This document shows, piece after piece, positions 47,030 through 57,706 of a stretch of DNA of 64,000 nucleotides. The stretch covers positions 138,871 through 202,870 of the forward strand of contig JAVZDC010000001.1 in NCBI GenBank assembly GCA_038874115.1. Direction: 5' to 3'. The notes beneath the pieces were generated by a model, which saw only the letters and a program-made list of their open reading frames with translations, did no database searches and was not told the origin of the DNA. Source of the stretch: an archaeon. GTDB taxonomy: Archaea; B1Sed10-29; JAVZDC01. Both the position numbers and the translations under genes were made by a program. Position 1 is the first letter of the stretch. The number at the start of each line of letters is the position of its first letter.

Positions 47030-47093
47030 GCCACCGTGTTTAATTTAAGTTTTTATATATTATTTTTATATTGGGATGATTATTTAAAAAAGT

Positions 47094-48077
47094 ATGGATG
47101 GAAAAACCATCGTATACATGATTTTAACAAGTATTGTAGTCTTTAGCGCAATATTTTTCATTTCTGACGCAAGGAATGTTCTCGAGGTATGGAGCAAAAT
47201 AGAACTGAAATATTTAATCGCTGCTTGTTTGTTCGAAGTAGCATCAATATTTACTTTTTTTCTAAGATGGAGATTTATCCTTATAAAATCTAAAATCTCT
47301 TTTTCAAATTTAAAACTTTTGTTAATAAGTATGTCTGGGATTGCTTTTTCAAATTTAACTCCTAGCTCAAGGTTCGGTGGAGAACCTACACGAGCTTATT
47401 TTTTGAAAAAACACTCTGATTCGAGTGGAACAAAAGCCCTCGCAAGTGTTGTTGGGGAAAGAGTTTTTGATGGGTTTGTCTTTACATTTTTATGCGGTGC
47501 CATACTTGCGTATTACCTTGTAAAAGATCCATTTAATTTAATAATTCTCCCTGTTTTATTGTCCTTTTTGTTTTCTGTGTCTTTAATATTAATCACAATT
47601 CATGCATCAAACAAACAAAAATTTGCTGAAAGAATTGTTTTCTTTTTCTTAAAAATATTTTCAAAAATTTTAAAGAAAAACTATCCGAAAAACTTATTGA
47701 GAAAGGATATAAAAAAGTATCAAGAAGAATTTAAAAGAATAATAAAAAATAAAGAACTTTGGGTATGTGGACTCCTTTATTCATGCGTGCTTTGGCTTTT
47801 GGATATATTCAAACTGTGGTTAATATTTCAAGCAGTTAATCTAAACGTTAACTTTTTCGTTATTGCTTATGCCTTGATCTTTGCATCCCTTCTTGCAGCA
47901 ATTCCTTTGTTGCCTGGGGGATTAGGTGTTTTTGAAAGTACAATGATAATAATTTATATGGCAAATGGATTAACATTAAGTATATCTGGCTCCGTAACTA
48001 TAATACATAGGATTATTACGTTATGGATGCCAACCTTGCTTGGTTTGATAGCATCCTATTTGCTTATAAAGAAATAA
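47094..48077 (+). CDS. UPF0104 / lysylphosphatidylglycerol-synthase-TM-like integral membrane protein
   Basis: Polytopic membrane protein with the PGGLGVFE motif characteristic of this family. Confidence 0.5.
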   Translation: MDGKTIVYMILTSIVVFSAIFFISDARNVLEVWSKIELKYLIAACLFEVASIFTFFLRWRFILIKSKISFSNLKLLLISMSGIAFSNLTPSSRFGGEPTRAYFLKKHSDSSGTKALASVVGERVFDGFVFTFLCGAILAYYLVKDPFNLIILPVLLSFLFSVSLILITIHASNKQKFAERIVFFFLKIFSKILKKNYPKNLLRKDIKKYQEEFKRIIKNKELWVCGLLYSCVLWLLDIFKLWLIFQAVNLNVNFFVIAYALIFASLLAAIPLLPGGLGVFESTMIIIYMANGLTLSISGSVTIIHRIITLWMPTLLGLIASYLLIKK

Positions 48078-48090
48078 CGGGTGATTTAAA

Positions 48091-48486
48091 ATGGAGAACG
48101 TGACTTATGGCATAATAAAAGATTTAAAAGAAGGCAAACTTGTTTTGATCGATGGAGAACCATGTAAAGTAGTGGAGATAAGTCTTTCTAAAACTGGAAA
48201 GCATGGGGCTGAAAAAGCCAGAGTAGATGCTATTTCTTTGTTTACGAACAGAAAAAAAACATTGATGAAACCTGCGGATGCGCAAATTGAAATACCTATC
48301 CTTGAAAGAAAGAACGTACAAATAGTTGCTTCTTTGGGAGATAAAGTACAAGTTATGGATATGCAAACTTATGAAGTTTATGAAATAGAATGTCCAGAGG
48401 ATTTAAAAGATAAAATAGTTCCTGGGGCTGAAGCTGAAGTTGTGGAAATTATGGGTAAAAGAATACTCTCCAGGATAAAAAAATAG
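48091..48486 (+). CDS. Translation initiation factor 5A (aIF5A)
   Basis: Hypusine loop SKTGKHGAEKAR; 131 aa. Confidence 0.85.
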   Translation: MENVTYGIIKDLKEGKLVLIDGEPCKVVEISLSKTGKHGAEKARVDAISLFTNRKKTLMKPADAQIEIPILERKNVQIVASLGDKVQVMDMQTYEVYEIECPEDLKDKIVPGAEAEVVEIMGKRILSRIKK

Positions 48487-48596
48487 TGTTGTTTTTTATT
48501 AAGTTTGGTATTTTTTGGAAAATTTTTATCTATTTTTTACTTCTCAAAAATGTAAAAGATAAAAAAGGGATTTGTGGAAAAAGAAGAAAAAAGGTT

Positions 48597-48839
48597 TTAG
48601 GAAATATTTGAGAGGATGTTTTCTCCTTCTTGAGTGGATGAATTTTCAAGAATCGAGCTTAAATAGTCTAAAGCTTCTTGTTCGCTAGAAAACGTAGGGG
48701 ACTGATTTGCGCCATGTGTGCTGGGGCCTTGTTGTTGCGATTGTTGAGTTAAAGGTTGTTTCGCAGGCATAAGTAAAAAGATACCGATAACTGCTATGAC
48801 TAAAATTGCTAAACCAGCTAAAAGGTAAATGTTTTTCAT
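48597..48839 (-). CDS. Small membrane-anchored Gln/Ser-rich protein
   Basis: N-terminal TM LAGLAILVIAVIGIFLL followed by a low-complexity tail. Confidence 0.3.
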   Translation of the reverse strand: MKNIYLLAGLAILVIAVIGIFLLMPAKQPLTQQSQQQGPSTHGANQSPTFSSEQEALDYLSSILENSSTQEGENILSNIS

Positions 48840-48854
48840 TTATCTCACTCCGCT

Positions 48855-49769
48855 TCAGTCTCTGATCTTGCCTCCTATCTTGCCCCATATTTTAGATACT
48901 GGCAGGTCAGGAATGGAGATTTCTGTAGAACCTGGCTGGCCTGCTACGCATTTTGATTTACAATAAGCAAGGCATGCAAACTGTTTTGTAGTTGTTAAAT
49001 TGCCTCCTTTGCATTCATTCTTACATTGAGATATGCATTGCTCTTCTTTAACTGGCTGCGGACTTGGAAGTTCTCCGCAGAGCTTAGTATCGTTCTTAAA
49101 CTTGATGCAGTATTCTTTCAGTCTTGCCTTGCATGATTCATCTTCTAGATTTGTAAGACAGTATGCAGCTACAACCGCCTTGCATCTAACGTCATCTTTG
49201 TTTTCTTCACAAAAAGCTTTTATGTTGTGCTGTGGGGCGATAGATTTTAAGGTTTCGCATTCCACTGAGGTGCTATTTTCACAATACTTGAAAGCAGTTA
49301 GTTCTGGGTCGTATATCTTTAGCGGAACATGGAATTTATACAAGTACAAGTAGTATTCTTTTCCGTTTAAAGTTAATTCGCCGACCCAAAAGACTGCAAA
49401 GTTCTTCTCAAATCTTGAAACTAAAAACGAACCAACTGCGGAACCTGTTTGTTTATCATAGATTTCTGCAGTAAATGTAAGGTTAGAATACTCTACATTT
49501 TTCAAAAAGTATTTTTTCTCGTCCAAAAAGATCACACCAAGTTTTGCTTCTCCAGTTGCCAAACCTACTTTTGCTCCAATAACTCTTACTGCATAAAAAT
49601 CTAGTTTGTCATCTGGGTTTACAGCAATTCCAAAGGCAGCGAGAGGAATCGACTTTATTTTTAATGCAATCTCTTCACTTCCTCCGTTAACTGGGGTTCC
49701 CATATTTGATTGAGCGAAGCATAAACTCGCCAATAACAAGAAAGTCAGACCCCATAAAATCTTTTTCAA
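48855..49769 (-). CDS. Secreted Cys-rich protein
   Basis: Signal peptide MKKILWGLTFLLLASLCFA and a C-terminal region with more than 15 Cys (CKNECKGG...CLAYCKSKC). Confidence 0.4.
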   Translation of the reverse strand: MKKILWGLTFLLLASLCFAQSNMGTPVNGGSEEIALKIKSIPLAAFGIAVNPDDKLDFYAVRVIGAKVGLATGEAKLGVIFLDEKKYFLKNVEYSNLTFTAEIYDKQTGSAVGSFLVSRFEKNFAVFWVGELTLNGKEYYLYLYKFHVPLKIYDPELTAFKYCENSTSVECETLKSIAPQHNIKAFCEENKDDVRCKAVVAAYCLTNLEDESCKARLKEYCIKFKNDTKLCGELPSPQPVKEEQCISQCKNECKGGNLTTTKQFACLAYCKSKCVAGQPGSTEISIPDLPVSKIWGKIGGKIRD

Positions 49770-49894
49770 TTACATCACCTCCTAAAATAAACATCATCTC
49801 CTTTTTAATTGATAACATAATCTTTTTAAATACTTTTCTCCATATTAAATTAGTCTTTTTTTAATATCAACCGTGGACCTTTGAGTGGGAATTA

Positions 49895-51343
49895 ATGGCA
49901 GACGAAGGATTTTTTATGGAAAAAGAGAAAAACTTCAGCGAATGGTATAATGAAATTTTACGAAAAGCTGAACTTATCGATCAAAGATACAATATAAAAG
50001 GTTTTATAGTGCATCAACCCAATGCAGCGATTACTGAAAAGATAATTTATAGAATTTACGAAGAAGAATTAGAGAAAAAAGGACATTTGCCAACAAGATT
50101 TCCAGCTTTAATCCCTGAAGACAATTTTGAAATTGAGAAAAAGCATGCAGAAGGGTTTAAACCTGGAGTTTTTTGGGTGACACAAGGAGCGGATACTAAG
50201 TTTACAACCAAATATGCTTTAAGGCCAACTAGCGAAACTGCAATGTATAGAATGTTTTCTTTTTGGATAAGATCTTGGAAAGATATGCCACTAAAAGTAT
50301 ACCAAAGTTGTCAAGTCTGGAGATATGAGACAAAGGCGACAAAACCTTTAATTAGAGATCGAGAATTTTATTGGATTGAAGCTCATTGTGCATTTGCTAC
50401 AAAAGAAGAGGCTGAAAGACAAGTTTTTGAAGATATGGAAACTACGCGAAAGGTATTGTACGAAAAGCTTGGGATACCTTTCTTATTTTTTAGAAGGCCG
50501 GAATGGGATAAATTTGCTGGAGCTGAATATACTTTTGGAACAGACACGTTATTATCTGATGGATACGTGTTCCAACTTCCTTCTACTCACTTCTTAGGGC
50601 AAAGATTCGCAAAAGCATTTAACGTGCAATTTTTAAATAAAAACGATGAGAAAGAGTATGCTTGGCAAACTTGTTATGGGCCTGGAATTTCAAGAATATT
50701 TGCTGCTTTGATATCTATTCACGGGGATGATCGAGGACTTGTTTTTCCTTTTGAATTAGCTCCAACGCAAGTAGTTATAATACCTATTCTTGGAAAAGAA
50801 AATGAAAAAGTTTTGGAAAAATGTAGGGAGTTAGAAACTAAGTTAAAAGAAAAATACAGGGTTGTTCTTGATTTGAGTGAAAAACAGCCTGGTGAAAAGT
50901 TTTATTATTGGGAAACGAGAGGAACATCAGTTAGGATAGAAATTGGGGCTAAAGAAGTGGCTGAGGATTCTCTCACAGTATTTAGGAGGGATTTATTTAA
51001 AAAAGAAAAAATTAAAAGTTCAGAAATCGAAAAGTATTTGGAATTTGTGGAAAAAGATTCTTTGGAAATTTTGAGGAAAAGGGCTGAGGAGAAATTTAAA
51101 AGCAGGTTGTTTGAAGCTAAATCCCTTGAAGAACTTAAAGAAAAAATAAAGAATGGAGGGATTGGAAGAGTTATGTTTTGCTCAGTAAACATGGATGGGG
51201 AAAATTGCGCAGATATACTTAAAGCAGAGACTGGCGGGGCTGAAGTTAGAGGAACATTACTTGAAGAAGAAAAAGCTGAAGGGAATTGCATTGTTTGCGG
51301 AAAACCTGCTAAATACGTTGTATATGTAGCCAAATCATATTGA
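49895..51343 (+). CDS. proS: Prolyl-tRNA synthetase (archaeal/eukaryal type)
   Basis: Class II motifs, 482 aa, and a C-terminal Zn-binding region ending in the conserved Tyr (VVYVAKSY). Confidence 0.8.
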   Translation: MADEGFFMEKEKNFSEWYNEILRKAELIDQRYNIKGFIVHQPNAAITEKIIYRIYEEELEKKGHLPTRFPALIPEDNFEIEKKHAEGFKPGVFWVTQGADTKFTTKYALRPTSETAMYRMFSFWIRSWKDMPLKVYQSCQVWRYETKATKPLIRDREFYWIEAHCAFATKEEAERQVFEDMETTRKVLYEKLGIPFLFFRRPEWDKFAGAEYTFGTDTLLSDGYVFQLPSTHFLGQRFAKAFNVQFLNKNDEKEYAWQTCYGPGISRIFAALISIHGDDRGLVFPFELAPTQVVIIPILGKENEKVLEKCRELETKLKEKYRVVLDLSEKQPGEKFYYWETRGTSVRIEIGAKEVAEDSLTVFRRDLFKKEKIKSSEIEKYLEFVEKDSLEILRKRAEEKFKSRLFEAKSLEELKEKIKNGGIGRVMFCSVNMDGENCADILKAETGGAEVRGTLLEEEKAEGNCIVCGKPAKYVVYVAKSY

Positions 51344-53646
51344 GGAGAAGTATGGATCATACTTGGGATATTAAGAAAGAATTGGAAATTGCTGCTCTTT
51401 GGGAAAAAGAAAGACTGTATAAATTTGATAAAAAGAGTGCAAAGAGAGTTTGTATCATAGATACTCCTCCCCCATATCCTTCTGGAGGGTGGCATATAGG
51501 AGCTGTTTGTGCTTACAGTGGATACATAGATGTTTATGCTAGAGCTCAAAGGATGCTTGGGTACGACGTTTTATTTCCTTTCGGGTTGGATAGAAACGGA
51601 ATAAACATTGAAAAAGTAGTTGAAAAGAAAACTGGAAAACCATTGAAAGAATGGGATCGGGAAGAATTTCTGAAAGTATGCAAAGAAGAAATAGATAAAA
51701 TAAGTAAGGATATTATTGAGATTGCTAAAAGAATGGGTCTTTCAGCTAATTTTGAAGATATTTATGAAACTGACTCGCCAGAATATAGAAGAATAAGTCA
51801 GGCTCTGTTTATTGATCTTTGGAATAAAAATTTGATCTACGAAGATAATAGGCCTTCATTTTATTGCCCTGCCTGTGGAACGACTATCGCTGAAGCTGAA
51901 ATATATTATGAAGAAAAGAAGAATATTTTGAATTACATCGCTTGGAAAATAAAAGAGACTGGGGAAAAGATTTTAATCGCAACAACAAGACCTGAATTAT
52001 TGTGTGCCTGCGGGGTAGTGCTCGTACATCCTGATGATGACAGATATAAACATTTAATTGGAAAACATGCGATAATTCCGATATATGGAAGAGAGGTTGA
52101 AATAAAAGCCCATAAGGTTGTTGATTCAAGTTTTGGTACGGGAATAGTAATGATGTGTTCTTATGGAGACTTAACTGATGTTCAAATATTTAGAGAACTT
52201 CAGTTAAAACCAATCCCTGCGATAAATGAAGAAGGAAGAATGACTAACTTTGCTGGAAAATATGCGGGAAAAACTGTAGAGGAGGCTAGGGAAGCAATAA
52301 TAAAAGATTTAAAGGAAATTGGGGCCTTGGAAAAACAAGAAGAAATTATTAGTAGAAGTCCAATTTGCGAGAGGTCAAAAACACCAATCGAGATAATATT
52401 AACAAAGGCTCTTTATTTGAAACAACTAGAGTTTAAGGAAGAATTGAAAAAGAAAGTTGAAGAAATGGAGATTTATACAAAAACACATAAACAATCTTTA
52501 TTGAATTGGATAGATTCTTTAAGTATAGACTGGGCGATCAGCAGGGATAGATATTACCATACTGAAATTCCTCTTTGGTATTGTAAAAAATGCGGCAAGG
52601 CGATAGTGCCACAACCTGGAAAATACTACAGACCTTGGAAGGAAAAATGCCCAGTGGAAAAATGTGAATGCGGAAGCACAGAATTCATTGGAGACCAAAG
52701 AGTATTTGATACTTGGATGGATTCCAGTATTTCCAATTTATTCGTAAGTTTGTATTTACGGGATGATGAATTCTTTAACAAGAATTTTGAAAATTGTGTC
52801 AGAATCCAGGGAAGAGACATTATTAGGACTTGGCTTTATTATACTTTATTAAAAAGTTACCTCTGTCTTGGAAAAAGACCTTTTAAGAAAGTATTAGTTC
52901 ATGGGATTGGGTTAGATGTTAGCGGAAGAAAAATGTCAAAGAGTTTGGGAAACGTAATTGATCCAAAATATTTAATAGATAAATATGGAGCTGATGCAAT
53001 AAGATTGTGGATTTGCGGAGAAACAAAACCTGGGGAAGACTTTAGAATTTCTGAGGAAAGAATTGCTGGTGCGGTGAAAACTATCATTAAAATATACAAC
53101 ATAGCCAAATACACTTCAAACTTTGAGGATATTCAGAAACCTGGAGACTTAAAACCAACAGATCAATGGATATTAAGCGAGCTTGATGCTCTTTTAGGAA
53201 AATGTTTGGAAAGTTATGAAAAGTTTGATTTCTTTACGGTTGCTAATTCGATTAAAAACTTTATTTGGTCTGTTTATGCACCACATTATTTAGAAATGTC
53301 AAAAGCTAGGGCTTATAAAAAAGATCCTTCTGCTGCGTACACTTTACATACATGCCTTAAAACAATATTAAAACTTTTAGCCCCAATCTCTCCATTCTTT
53401 ACTGATTACATCTACAGACAACTCTACGGTAGAAGCGTACATTCTGAAACTTTCCCTGTGTTTGAAAACATGAAAAGTTTGGGAGTTACGGAAAAATTGA
53501 TAGAATTTAATTCGCAAGTATGGAAAGCTAAGAAAGAAAAAAATATACCTTTAAACCAAAGCATAAAAGATGTAAAAATACCTCCTGAGCTAAAGCCATT
53601 TGAAGATGATTTGGTTAGTATGCATAAAATCGAGGGAATAAAATGA
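51340..53646 (+). CDS. valS: Class Ia aminoacyl-tRNA synthetase, most likely valyl-tRNA synthetase (LeuRS not excluded)
   Basis: DTPPPYPSGGWHIGAVCAY (HIGH region), editing-domain motif ATTRPELLCACGVVLVHPDDDRYKHLIGK, and KMSKSLGNVIDP; 768 aa. Confidence 0.55.
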   Translation: MRRSMDHTWDIKKELEIAALWEKERLYKFDKKSAKRVCIIDTPPPYPSGGWHIGAVCAYSGYIDVYARAQRMLGYDVLFPFGLDRNGINIEKVVEKKTGKPLKEWDREEFLKVCKEEIDKISKDIIEIAKRMGLSANFEDIYETDSPEYRRISQALFIDLWNKNLIYEDNRPSFYCPACGTTIAEAEIYYEEKKNILNYIAWKIKETGEKILIATTRPELLCACGVVLVHPDDDRYKHLIGKHAIIPIYGREVEIKAHKVVDSSFGTGIVMMCSYGDLTDVQIFRELQLKPIPAINEEGRMTNFAGKYAGKTVEEAREAIIKDLKEIGALEKQEEIISRSPICERSKTPIEIILTKALYLKQLEFKEELKKKVEEMEIYTKTHKQSLLNWIDSLSIDWAISRDRYYHTEIPLWYCKKCGKAIVPQPGKYYRPWKEKCPVEKCECGSTEFIGDQRVFDTWMDSSISNLFVSLYLRDDEFFNKNFENCVRIQGRDIIRTWLYYTLLKSYLCLGKRPFKKVLVHGIGLDVSGRKMSKSLGNVIDPKYLIDKYGADAIRLWICGETKPGEDFRISEERIAGAVKTIIKIYNIAKYTSNFEDIQKPGDLKPTDQWILSELDALLGKCLESYEKFDFFTVANSIKNFIWSVYAPHYLEMSKARAYKKDPSAAYTLHTCLKTILKLLAPISPFFTDYIYRQLYGRSVHSETFPVFENMKSLGVTEKLIEFNSQVWKAKKEKNIPLNQSIKDVKIPPELKPFEDDLVSMHKIEGIK

Positions 53647-56408
53647 ATGCTGAAGAAATAAGAAAATATTGGAAAGAATATGGAATTCCGGAAAAAGCTT
53701 TAAAGTTAAATAAAGGAAGAAAAAAATTCTATTTCTTGGATGGCCCACCATATGCAAGTGGAGCGATTCATATAGGTACTGCTTTGAACAAAATTTTGAA
53801 AGACTACTATATAAGATTCTTTAGAATGCAAGGGTTTGACGTTCATGCCCAACCAGGATATGATTGTCACGGAGTTCCGATTGAATTGAGAGTAGAAAAA
53901 GAGCTTGGGTTGAAAAACAAAAAAGAAATTGAAAAATATGGCGTTGAAAAGTTTATTGAGAAATGTAAACATTATGCTACCAATAACATAGGTACGATGA
54001 GTTCTGATTTTAAATATGTTGGAGTTTGGATGGGTTGGGATAATCCATACTTAACTTTATCCAAAGAATATATAGAAAATGTTTGGTTGATAATAAAAAA
54101 AGCCCATGAAAAAGGACTTCTATATAAAGGGCTTTATCCCGTTCATGTTTGCCCAAGATGTGAAACTGTTGTTGCATACAATGAAATAGTATACAAAACT
54201 GTTACCGAGAATTCAATCTATGTGAAATTTAGATTAAAAGATAATGAGTTTTTCATAGTGTGGACAACAACTCCTTGGACTTTACCTGCGAATACGGGAA
54301 TAATGGTTCATCCTGATTTTGATTATGCTAAAGTAGAGGTGGACGGGGAAGTTTGGATAATGGCTGAAGAGCTTTTGGAAGGTTTGAGTAGAAAATTTGG
54401 AAAAGAATGGAAGATTTTGGAGGTTATGAAAGGAGAAAAATTAGTTGGGCTCGAATATGAAAGCTTGTTTAAAGATTTAGAGGTTCAAAAAAATGTAAAG
54501 GCCAAAGTTGTTGGATCAAGACAATACGTCACCTTGGAAAAAGGTACAGGTCTTGTACATTGTGCTCCCGGACATGGGCTTGAAGATTATGAGGTTGGGA
54601 AAGAGAACGGGATTAAAATTTTGTGTCCTGTTAAGTTGGATGGAACTTATGATGAAACTGTGGGTAAATGGGCTGGAAGATATGTAAAAAGTTGTGATTC
54701 TGAAATAATTGAAGAATTGGATAAAAGAGGGATGCTTGTCCATGTTGAAACTGTTTCTCATGAATACCCGATGTGTTGGAGATGTGAAAGTCCTCTACTT
54801 TTTGTATGTATTCCTCAATGGTTCCTTAGGATAACTTCTATAAAAGAAAAAGTTTTAGAAGAAGCGAAAAAAATAAATTGGGTTCCAAAATGGGCCGGAA
54901 AAAGATTTGAAGATTGGTTAAATAACATAGGAGATTGGCCGATTACTAGACAAAGATATTGGGGTACACCTGCTCCAATTTGGGAATGTGAAAATTGTGG
55001 GAACATAAAAGTAATTAGTAAAGCTGAGGAACTTCCTGAAAAGTTGGAGGAGTATCATAAACCAAAAATAGATGAAATAGTTTTCGAATGCTCTTGCGGA
55101 GGAAAAATGAAAAGAATACCTGATGTTTTGGATGTATGGATGGACTCTGCCGCAGCGCCTTGGGCTTCTTTAAATTATGTTCAAAACAAAGAAGATTTCG
55201 AAAGATTGAAACCTGTGGATTTGGTGATAGAAGGGGCTGATCAGATAAGAGGGTGGTGGAATTCAGTACATTTGGCCTCCATAATAGTTTTTGATGAAAC
55301 ATTATGGCGTAATATTGTTTGGCACGGTTTTGTTTTGGAAGAACATGGGAAATCAAAGCTTTCCAAGTCTAAAGGAGGGGTAACTCCTTATGAATTTGCT
55401 AAAGAATATCCAATTGATTTACTAAGACTTTACCTTTTAAGCATGGATTCCAGCGTTGATTTTAACTTGGATTGGGAAAAGATAGATGATTTGAATAAAG
55501 ATTTGGTTGTTTTTGAAAATATTTTCAAGTTCTACAAGACTTATTGCTCAAAGGAAAAATTAGGTAAAGATTTGAAGCTTGAAGATAAATGGATTATTTC
55601 AAAATTCCATAGTTTAATTGAAAAAGTAAAAGAACATTCTGAAAAATTTGAACATTCCAAAGCTGTTAATCTCATCTTAGAATTCACTGTAAATGAGCTC
55701 AGTAGGAAGTATATAAAACTAGTAAGGGAAAGAATAAAAGAAGAAAATTCTTGTGTATCTGGAGTCCTAACATACATTCTAAATAATTTGATAAAATTGT
55801 ATGCTCCAATTTTACCTATACTTTCAGAAAAATACTATTTAGAACTTTTCAAAGAAAAAGAAAGTATTCATTTTGAAGAGTTTCCTAAAGTTGGGGAAAT
55901 TGATGAAAATTTAGAAGAAAAATTTGAAATTGCATTTCAAGCTTTAGAGAATTGTTTAGCTGCAAGAAACATAATTAAAATGAACATTAGGCAACCTTTA
56001 AGAAGAATGTACGTTGTGTGCGAGGTGGATTTAAGTAATTTTGAAGAAATTTTAAAAAGACAGTGTAATGTTGAAGAAGTATTGTTTAATGAAGAACCGA
56101 AAGAATTAGAGAAATATGTTGTCGTAGAGGAAAAAGGAGTGAAGGTTTATTTGGATAAAGAAATTAATGAAAGTTTATTAAAGAAAGGGTTTACAAGAGA
56201 GATTATTAGGAGAGTTCAACAAGCAAGGAAAAACATGGGTTTGGTTCCACAAGACAAGATAAAATTAAAAATAAACGTGGGAGGCTTTGAAGAAGAGGAA
56301 TTAAAGAATAAAACGAATACTGTCGAATTGGAATATGGGGAAAATGATGGGTTTGAATTTGATGTTGGAGGGAAAAAAGTAAAAATAAAAATATGGAAAA
56401 TTGAGTGA
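53643..56408 (+). CDS. ileS: Isoleucyl-tRNA synthetase
   Basis: FLDGPPYASGAIHIGTALNKILKD, GYDCHGVPIE, editing motif WTTTPWTLPAN, WPITRQRYWGTPAPIWEC and KLSKSKGG; 921 aa. Confidence 0.75.
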   Translation: MNAEEIRKYWKEYGIPEKALKLNKGRKKFYFLDGPPYASGAIHIGTALNKILKDYYIRFFRMQGFDVHAQPGYDCHGVPIELRVEKELGLKNKKEIEKYGVEKFIEKCKHYATNNIGTMSSDFKYVGVWMGWDNPYLTLSKEYIENVWLIIKKAHEKGLLYKGLYPVHVCPRCETVVAYNEIVYKTVTENSIYVKFRLKDNEFFIVWTTTPWTLPANTGIMVHPDFDYAKVEVDGEVWIMAEELLEGLSRKFGKEWKILEVMKGEKLVGLEYESLFKDLEVQKNVKAKVVGSRQYVTLEKGTGLVHCAPGHGLEDYEVGKENGIKILCPVKLDGTYDETVGKWAGRYVKSCDSEIIEELDKRGMLVHVETVSHEYPMCWRCESPLLFVCIPQWFLRITSIKEKVLEEAKKINWVPKWAGKRFEDWLNNIGDWPITRQRYWGTPAPIWECENCGNIKVISKAEELPEKLEEYHKPKIDEIVFECSCGGKMKRIPDVLDVWMDSAAAPWASLNYVQNKEDFERLKPVDLVIEGADQIRGWWNSVHLASIIVFDETLWRNIVWHGFVLEEHGKSKLSKSKGGVTPYEFAKEYPIDLLRLYLLSMDSSVDFNLDWEKIDDLNKDLVVFENIFKFYKTYCSKEKLGKDLKLEDKWIISKFHSLIEKVKEHSEKFEHSKAVNLILEFTVNELSRKYIKLVRERIKEENSCVSGVLTYILNNLIKLYAPILPILSEKYYLELFKEKESIHFEEFPKVGEIDENLEEKFEIAFQALENCLAARNIIKMNIRQPLRRMYVVCEVDLSNFEEILKRQCNVEEVLFNEEPKELEKYVVVEEKGVKVYLDKEINESLLKKGFTREIIRRVQQARKNMGLVPQDKIKLKINVGGFEEEELKNKTNTVELEYGENDGFEFDVGGKKVKIKIWKIE

Positions 56409-56414
56409 TTCCAT

Positions 56415-56687
56415 TTGAAGGCTATATTATTTTGGAAAAGAAAAATAAGTATAAAAGAACTTTACGGTGATTTTGTATTGTTTATGACTGGTGGAGCTCT
56501 TGGAATGCTTTTTATGTTTTTCTTTGATATCCATCATTGCTTATATCCTGGGCACACATGTTTCCCTCCAGATACGTTTCTCCTAACTTCGATGACTCCT
56601 TACATAATTAGTTTTTTTGTAGGAGGAATTTTGGGCATATTTGTTTTTAAAATTGCTTTATTCTGCTACGCACTTATGAGCTCTTGA
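56415..56687 (+). CDS. Small membrane protein, hypothetical
   Basis: 90 aa with 2 TM segments. Confidence 0.3.
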   Translation: MKAILFWKRKISIKELYGDFVLFMTGGALGMLFMFFFDIHHCLYPGHTCFPPDTFLLTSMTPYIISFFVGGILGIFVFKIALFCYALMSS

Positions 56688-56789
56688 ATAAGTAGATAAT
56701 TTCCTCGAAAAATCTTTACTTTCTTATTTGGCAGTCTTCGACAAGTTAAATATCTTTCTTTATCAAAAATATTGTGCTAAATATAAAGC

Positions 56790-57485
56790 TTAAATTCTTT
56801 TTCTTCGACCCTTGAAAAGCTGACCTGCTGCACTAAAACCAATAAGAACACGTCCAAGACGTGTTGTAATACCTTGTCTCTCCTTGGAAACAGATCCTAT
56901 GTGCGATAACCCTCTCATAAGACGCGTTTTTATAGATTTTTCTTTTGCTTCCGCTGCCAATCTTTCTTCTTCCATTCTTTTTTGGCTTAGTTCTTCCCAT
57001 TCCCGCCTTGCTTTTTCCCTTATCATTTCTATCCTTTTGGTATCGGCTAATCTCCCAACCTCAGCAGTCTTTTGGATTTTTTCCAATATTCCTAAAATGC
57101 GCTTTCCTTCTTCCTCGCGGTATTCATATAATGATTTTTGACGAATTAAATCCTCAAATTTTTTCGCCGCTTCTTCAACCTCTTTCCAGGTTTGAGGGTC
57201 CTTCCAGGCTGCTCTATATCTAGTTAGAAAATGCCTAGCTACTTTCTCTAAAAGCTCTTTTTCAGCTTTGTTCTCCTGTATTCTTCTCTCAACTATTTTC
57301 CTAAAACCTTCATCCGCACGTGCTCCTTCTTCACGTAACCATTCTTCCAGCGCAATTCCAGTCTGGTTGAGCACCCAAATTCTCTCCTCCAAATCATATG
57401 CAAATTTTTGAAATTTGGCTTTTCTGCGTGCCCACTCTCTTATTTTACGTTCCTCTTTAGATTCTTCAACCTTTTTAGCCTGCAT
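56790..57485 (-). CDS. Arg/Glu-rich coiled-coil protein, compositionally atypical
   Basis: 231 aa. GC content is locally elevated, it uses CGN arginine codons, and its R>K bias is unlike neighbouring K-rich genes. Confidence 0.4.
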   Translation of the reverse strand: MQAKKVEESKEERKIREWARRKAKFQKFAYDLEERIWVLNQTGIALEEWLREEGARADEGFRKIVERRIQENKAEKELLEKVARHFLTRYRAAWKDPQTWKEVEEAAKKFEDLIRQKSLYEYREEEGKRILGILEKIQKTAEVGRLADTKRIEMIREKARREWEELSQKRMEEERLAAEAKEKSIKTRLMRGLSHIGSVSKERQGITTRLGRVLIGFSAAGQLFKGRRKRI

Positions 57486-57706
57486 ACATTTCCCCTCGGA
57501 TTGCTGTTTAAATCATGGATTAAGTCTTAAAAACTAGTATTTACTAACAAATTTGGCAAAGGTAAAATAAAGAAAAGCTTAAAAATCCGATAGTGAATAT
57601 ATAAATTATATAAATATCTTAGAAATGCTGGGTGCAAATTTTGCAATTTTTCTAAGATTTTTAACGTGCTATATTATTTTTAATTAAATATTCAAGAGGT
57701 GGTTTA

